64,000 nucleotides of DNA from Lysobacter sp. (lineage in GTDB: Bacteria > Pseudomonadota > Gammaproteobacteria > Xanthomonadales > Xanthomonadaceae): NCBI GenBank assembly GCA_027306995.1, contig DAHUXS010000018.1, forward strand, positions 73,426-137,425, read 5' to 3'. Positions 61,345-64,000 of this stretch are shown one piece after another. The notes under the pieces are model-generated. The model was not told where the DNA came from. It worked only from the letters and a program-made list of their open reading frames with translations, and did no database searches. A program made the position numbers and the translations under genes. Position 1 is the first letter of the stretch; each line of letters starts with the position of its first letter.

Positions 61345-63099
61345 TTAGGCGATCTCGACATCGATCAAACAACCGGACGCAGCATTTTTTTCTATGAACC
61401 ATGCCACGTCTTCTTGGACCAAGGAGATTGCAAGCCGATAAGTTCCAGGCTCATCAGGAGCACGAACGAGCAGGGGTGCAATTACCGAGTTTCCTCCGGC
61501 AACATCGTCTGGGAGTATGCTGCGTAATCCGTCCGGAACGATTAGATCTCCTTCCTGCGAGTACCAGCGATATGTCAGGCATACGGGACGGCAATATCCG
61601 CTGGCAGACCAGGCTTCCAGACCAGAGTTTTTTACGCGTAGCTGCAGGAATGAGTCTGTTGCAGCCGGGAGCGCATGTTTTGGTGAAAGCAATTGTATCG
61701 ATGCGTCAAATTGGCTCAGCGGTGGATTCATTCGTCCAAACGAGCGAACACCGGCTTGCTCTACATGAACCCGATCGATTCGTGGCTCTGGACTGTCATC
61801 GATCGAAGACAAAGCAAAATCAGGATCCAGCATGAAGCGACCTTCGAAGTAATTCGTTACAAGGTCATAGATCTCGAAACGAGCCGCGTCTTCGAACCAA
61901 TGGTAACAACCATCGTGGTGGGAAAGATCCTTGATCAGAGAGACATCAATGCAATATTGGCCGCGGCCTAAGCGATTAAGCATTGAAAAATTAGCGACGT
62001 ATCGCCCAGGCTCCAGCTCTATCGCGTCGCCCAGCAACCTGGAGTTGGTGCCAAAGAGCAGGGCGCCCCGCTCATCGCGGATTCCGATGCCCACAGTGAC
62101 ATTCTCGATCACCTCATGCGCGGCTATTTCCATTTCGATCAGTATGGGTTCGCCGCACAACATTTCTGGTGCACCTGTAACGCTTCCTTTTGCGATAACT
62201 CGAGTTACCTCGCATCGCTTGTCCCCGAAATTCCTTGGCTTCCGTCCTTGCTTGATTGATGTTATCCGTCGATCGACCGGTTTCACAGCTGTCTGAATGT
62301 TGTCCGCTGTGCGATGTTCTTTTGCGATGGAGGGGTTGCTAGTGCTGCTCGTGATATGGCGCCGACGATCTCGCCGGAATCGATCGCGCGCATATTCGTA
62401 CAGCTCTATTTCTGGAGCGAGCACCGTTTCAATCAACTTCTGCTGCGCAGTGTTTAGATCGCTGACGGAAATTCGTTTCCAGGTTTGATTTGCCCAGGGC
62501 AGGGTCTTTTGAGGCCATTCCATTTCGGCGGCCAACATACAGGTTGCATCATCGAGGTCTTCCTGGATTCCAATGAGGTCAAATCTGTCGATTGCTTTCT
62601 TGGCCGCAGCCAGCTTCTCGGAAACTCCTAAATTGCAATCGGTTTCCTTCGCGCCGATTGGGTACAGCATTGAGAGCTGAAGCGCGACGGCGTCTTGGCG
62701 TTCGTGCTGAATCTTCGAGATATAAGAATCAAGGTCAGCGAGTCGTAGCCGGGCATCGCGAGGTTGATCAGGGCTTTGATGCTTCCCGTAAAACAGATCG
62801 GAAAGGAATCTGTCTACGGGGTCGCGCAAAAACGTCATGGCGTAATAATCAGATGGAATCTCATCGCCTTGATGAAACACTACATGCCCGCTCAGGACTT
62901 GCTTGTGGTCCCATTGGAGTAGTGCGTCAGAAAATCGGATTCCGCCGAGCAACGGTGTAATTTGCGACTCCCCGGCTTGGGCAATCAGGTATTCGCGAAT
63001 CGCTGTTCCACCAGTCTTAGGGATATGAAAGTGGAAGATTTTTCTGGAGCCGGGCACATCAAACCCGATAAATGTTTCGTGTCGCGATTCTTTCATCAT
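61345..63099 (-). CDS. three-domain cytoplasmic protein: PAPS-type sulfotransferase + Wzt_C-like glycan-binding domain + Ig-like domain
   Basis: Start at the ATG at 63099 (MMKESRHETF..). 5'-PSB loop FHFHIPKTGGTA and 3'-PB ..FLRDPVDRFLSDLFY.. The middle domain ..TVGIGIRDERGALLFGTN..GRGQYCIDVSL..YHWFEDAARFEI.. aligns by eye to the Wzt C-terminus encoded at 37853-38323. The region is AT-rich (61381-61440 is 43% GC by hand count). Confidence 0.8.
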   Translation of the reverse strand: MMKESRHETFIGFDVPGSRKIFHFHIPKTGGTAIREYLIAQAGESQITPLLGGIRFSDALLQWDHKQVLSGHVVFHQGDEIPSDYYAMTFLRDPVDRFLSDLFYGKHQSPDQPRDARLRLADLDSYISKIQHERQDAVALQLSMLYPIGAKETDCNLGVSEKLAAAKKAIDRFDLIGIQEDLDDATCMLAAEMEWPQKTLPWANQTWKRISVSDLNTAQQKLIETVLAPEIELYEYARDRFRRDRRRHITSSTSNPSIAKEHRTADNIQTAVKPVDRRITSIKQGRKPRNFGDKRCEVTRVIAKGSVTGAPEMLCGEPILIEMEIAAHEVIENVTVGIGIRDERGALLFGTNSRLLGDAIELEPGRYVANFSMLNRLGRGQYCIDVSLIKDLSHHDGCYHWFEDAARFEIYDLVTNYFEGRFMLDPDFALSSIDDSPEPRIDRVHVEQAGVRSFGRMNPPLSQFDASIQLLSPKHALPAATDSFLQLRVKNSGLEAWSASGYCRPVCLTYRWYSQEGDLIVPDGLRSILPDDVAGGNSVIAPLLVRAPDEPGTYRLAISLVQEDVAWFIEKNAASGCLIDVEIA

Positions 63100-63173
63100 C
63101 CTTTCATAATATTGTAATGATGGAAGTTGGTTGTTAAATCTCAGTGGGAAAAATCGATGGCTTGGCGTAACGT

Positions 63174-64000
63174 ATGAACTGTCATTTGGTTGACATCGAA
63201 TCCAACAGCATCCGCATCCTGCGCGAGGTTGCGGCCTGTTTCCGCAACCCGGTGCTGCTGTACTCGATCGGCAAGGACAGTTCCGTCCTGATGCACCTGA
63301 TGCGCAAGGCATTCTGGCCCGCACGTGCGCCGATTCCGTTGCTGCACGTCGATACCGGCTGGAAATTCGCCGAGATGATCGCCTTCCGCGATCGTCGCGT
63401 GGTCGAGGAGGGCATGACCCTGCATGTGCACATGAATCCCGATGGCATTGCCCAAGGTGTTGGACCGATCAGTCATGGCGCGACGATCCACACCGACGTG
63501 ATGAAGACGCAAGGGCTCCGTCAAGCGCTTGAAAAATTCGGCTTCGATGCCGCGATCGGTGGCGCGCGCCGCGACGAGGAGAAATCGCGTGCCAAGGAAC
63601 GGGTGTTCTCGTTTCGCAACGCGCAGCATCGTTGGGATCCACGCCAGCAGAGGCCCGAGTTGTGGCATTTGTGGAACACACGGCTCGGCTCCGGCGAGAG
63701 CGTACGGGTGTTTCCGCTCTCGGACTGGACCGAGCTCGACGTCTGGGAATACATCGCGCACGAAGGCATCGAAGTGCCTTCGTTGTACTTCACAAAAGAA
63801 CGTTCCGTGGTCGAGCGCGATGGTGCGCTGATCATGGTCGCCGACGCACGGCTACCGCTTGCGCCCGGAGAAATACCGGCGATGCGCAAGGTCCGCTTCC
63901 GCACGCTGGGTTGCTACCCGCTGACCGGTGCGATCGAATCCGATGCCGAGACGCTGGACGAGGTCATCGCGGAATTGCGCGCGTCACGCCTGTCAGAGCG
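63174..64000 (+). CDS. cysD: sulfate adenylyltransferase subunit 2 (3'-truncated by window edge)
   Basis: Not in the ORF track because it has no stop in the window. ATG at 63174. ..[59 protein letters not shown].. is canonical CysD. Confidence 0.93.
   Translation, partial: MNCHLVDIESNSIRILREVAACFRNPVLLYSIGKDSSVLMHLMRKAFWPARAPIPLLHVDTGWKFAEMIAFRDRRVVEEGMTLHVHMNPDGIAQGVGPISHGATIHTDVMKTQGLRQALEKFGFDAAIGGARRDEEKSRAKERVFSFRNAQHRWDPRQQRPELWHLWNTRLGSGESVRVFPLSDWTELDVWEYIAHEGIEVPSLYFTKERSVVERDGALIMVADARLPLAPGEIPAMRKVRFRTLGCYPLTGAIESDAETLDEVIAELRASRLSE

Overview
This is a high-GC (about 65-70% by eye) gammaproteobacterial chromosome segment. The gene content looks Xanthomonadales-like: a Clp/CRP regulator, xanA/xanB-type sugar genes, and an LPS locus anchored on etfBA.

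Core regions (1-34.9 kb and 52.6-61.3 kb) carry ordinary housekeeping and catabolic genes:
- a branched-chain 2-oxoacid dehydrogenase operon and a large secreted ExeM/NucH-type nuclease
- kynA and a POT peptide transporter
- the homogentisate pathway split into hppD-hmgA and fahA-maiA
- nhaA, purC, rpe, an OmpR/HK two-component pair, clp, speD, coq7, rplM-rpsI, tRNA-Gln and a pilU-like ATPase
- etfBA, xanB/xanA and rfbBACD

The accessory part is a clearly AT-richer island at about 34.96-52.6 kb, made of two convergent, tightly coupled operons.
- The plus-strand operon is an ABC-transporter-dependent O-antigen pathway: GT4, wzm, wzt with a C-terminal glycan-binding domain, a coiled-coil methyltransferase, rmd, gmd, a 1240-aa three-module glycosyltransferase and a second methyltransferase.
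- The minus-strand operon is a Gtr-like periplasmic glycan-modification module: a GT2 polyprenyl-phosphate glycosyltransferase, GtrA, a GT-C-like membrane protein and a periplasmic partner. It also carries an FAD oxidoreductase and an SDR-like gene whose 5' end looks frameshifted.

A second, single-gene AT-rich insertion lies at 61.3-63.1 kb, between rfbD and cysD. It encodes a cytoplasmic sulfotransferase fused to a Wzt_C-like glycan-binding domain and an Ig-like domain.

The two best candidates for undescribed biology are the redox-equipped Gtr-like module and the sulfotransferase-CBM fusion next to the PAPS-pathway gene cysD.

I saw no CRISPR array, IS element, integrase or rRNA. All calls rest on reading the supplied translations and sequence by eye; no searches were run.
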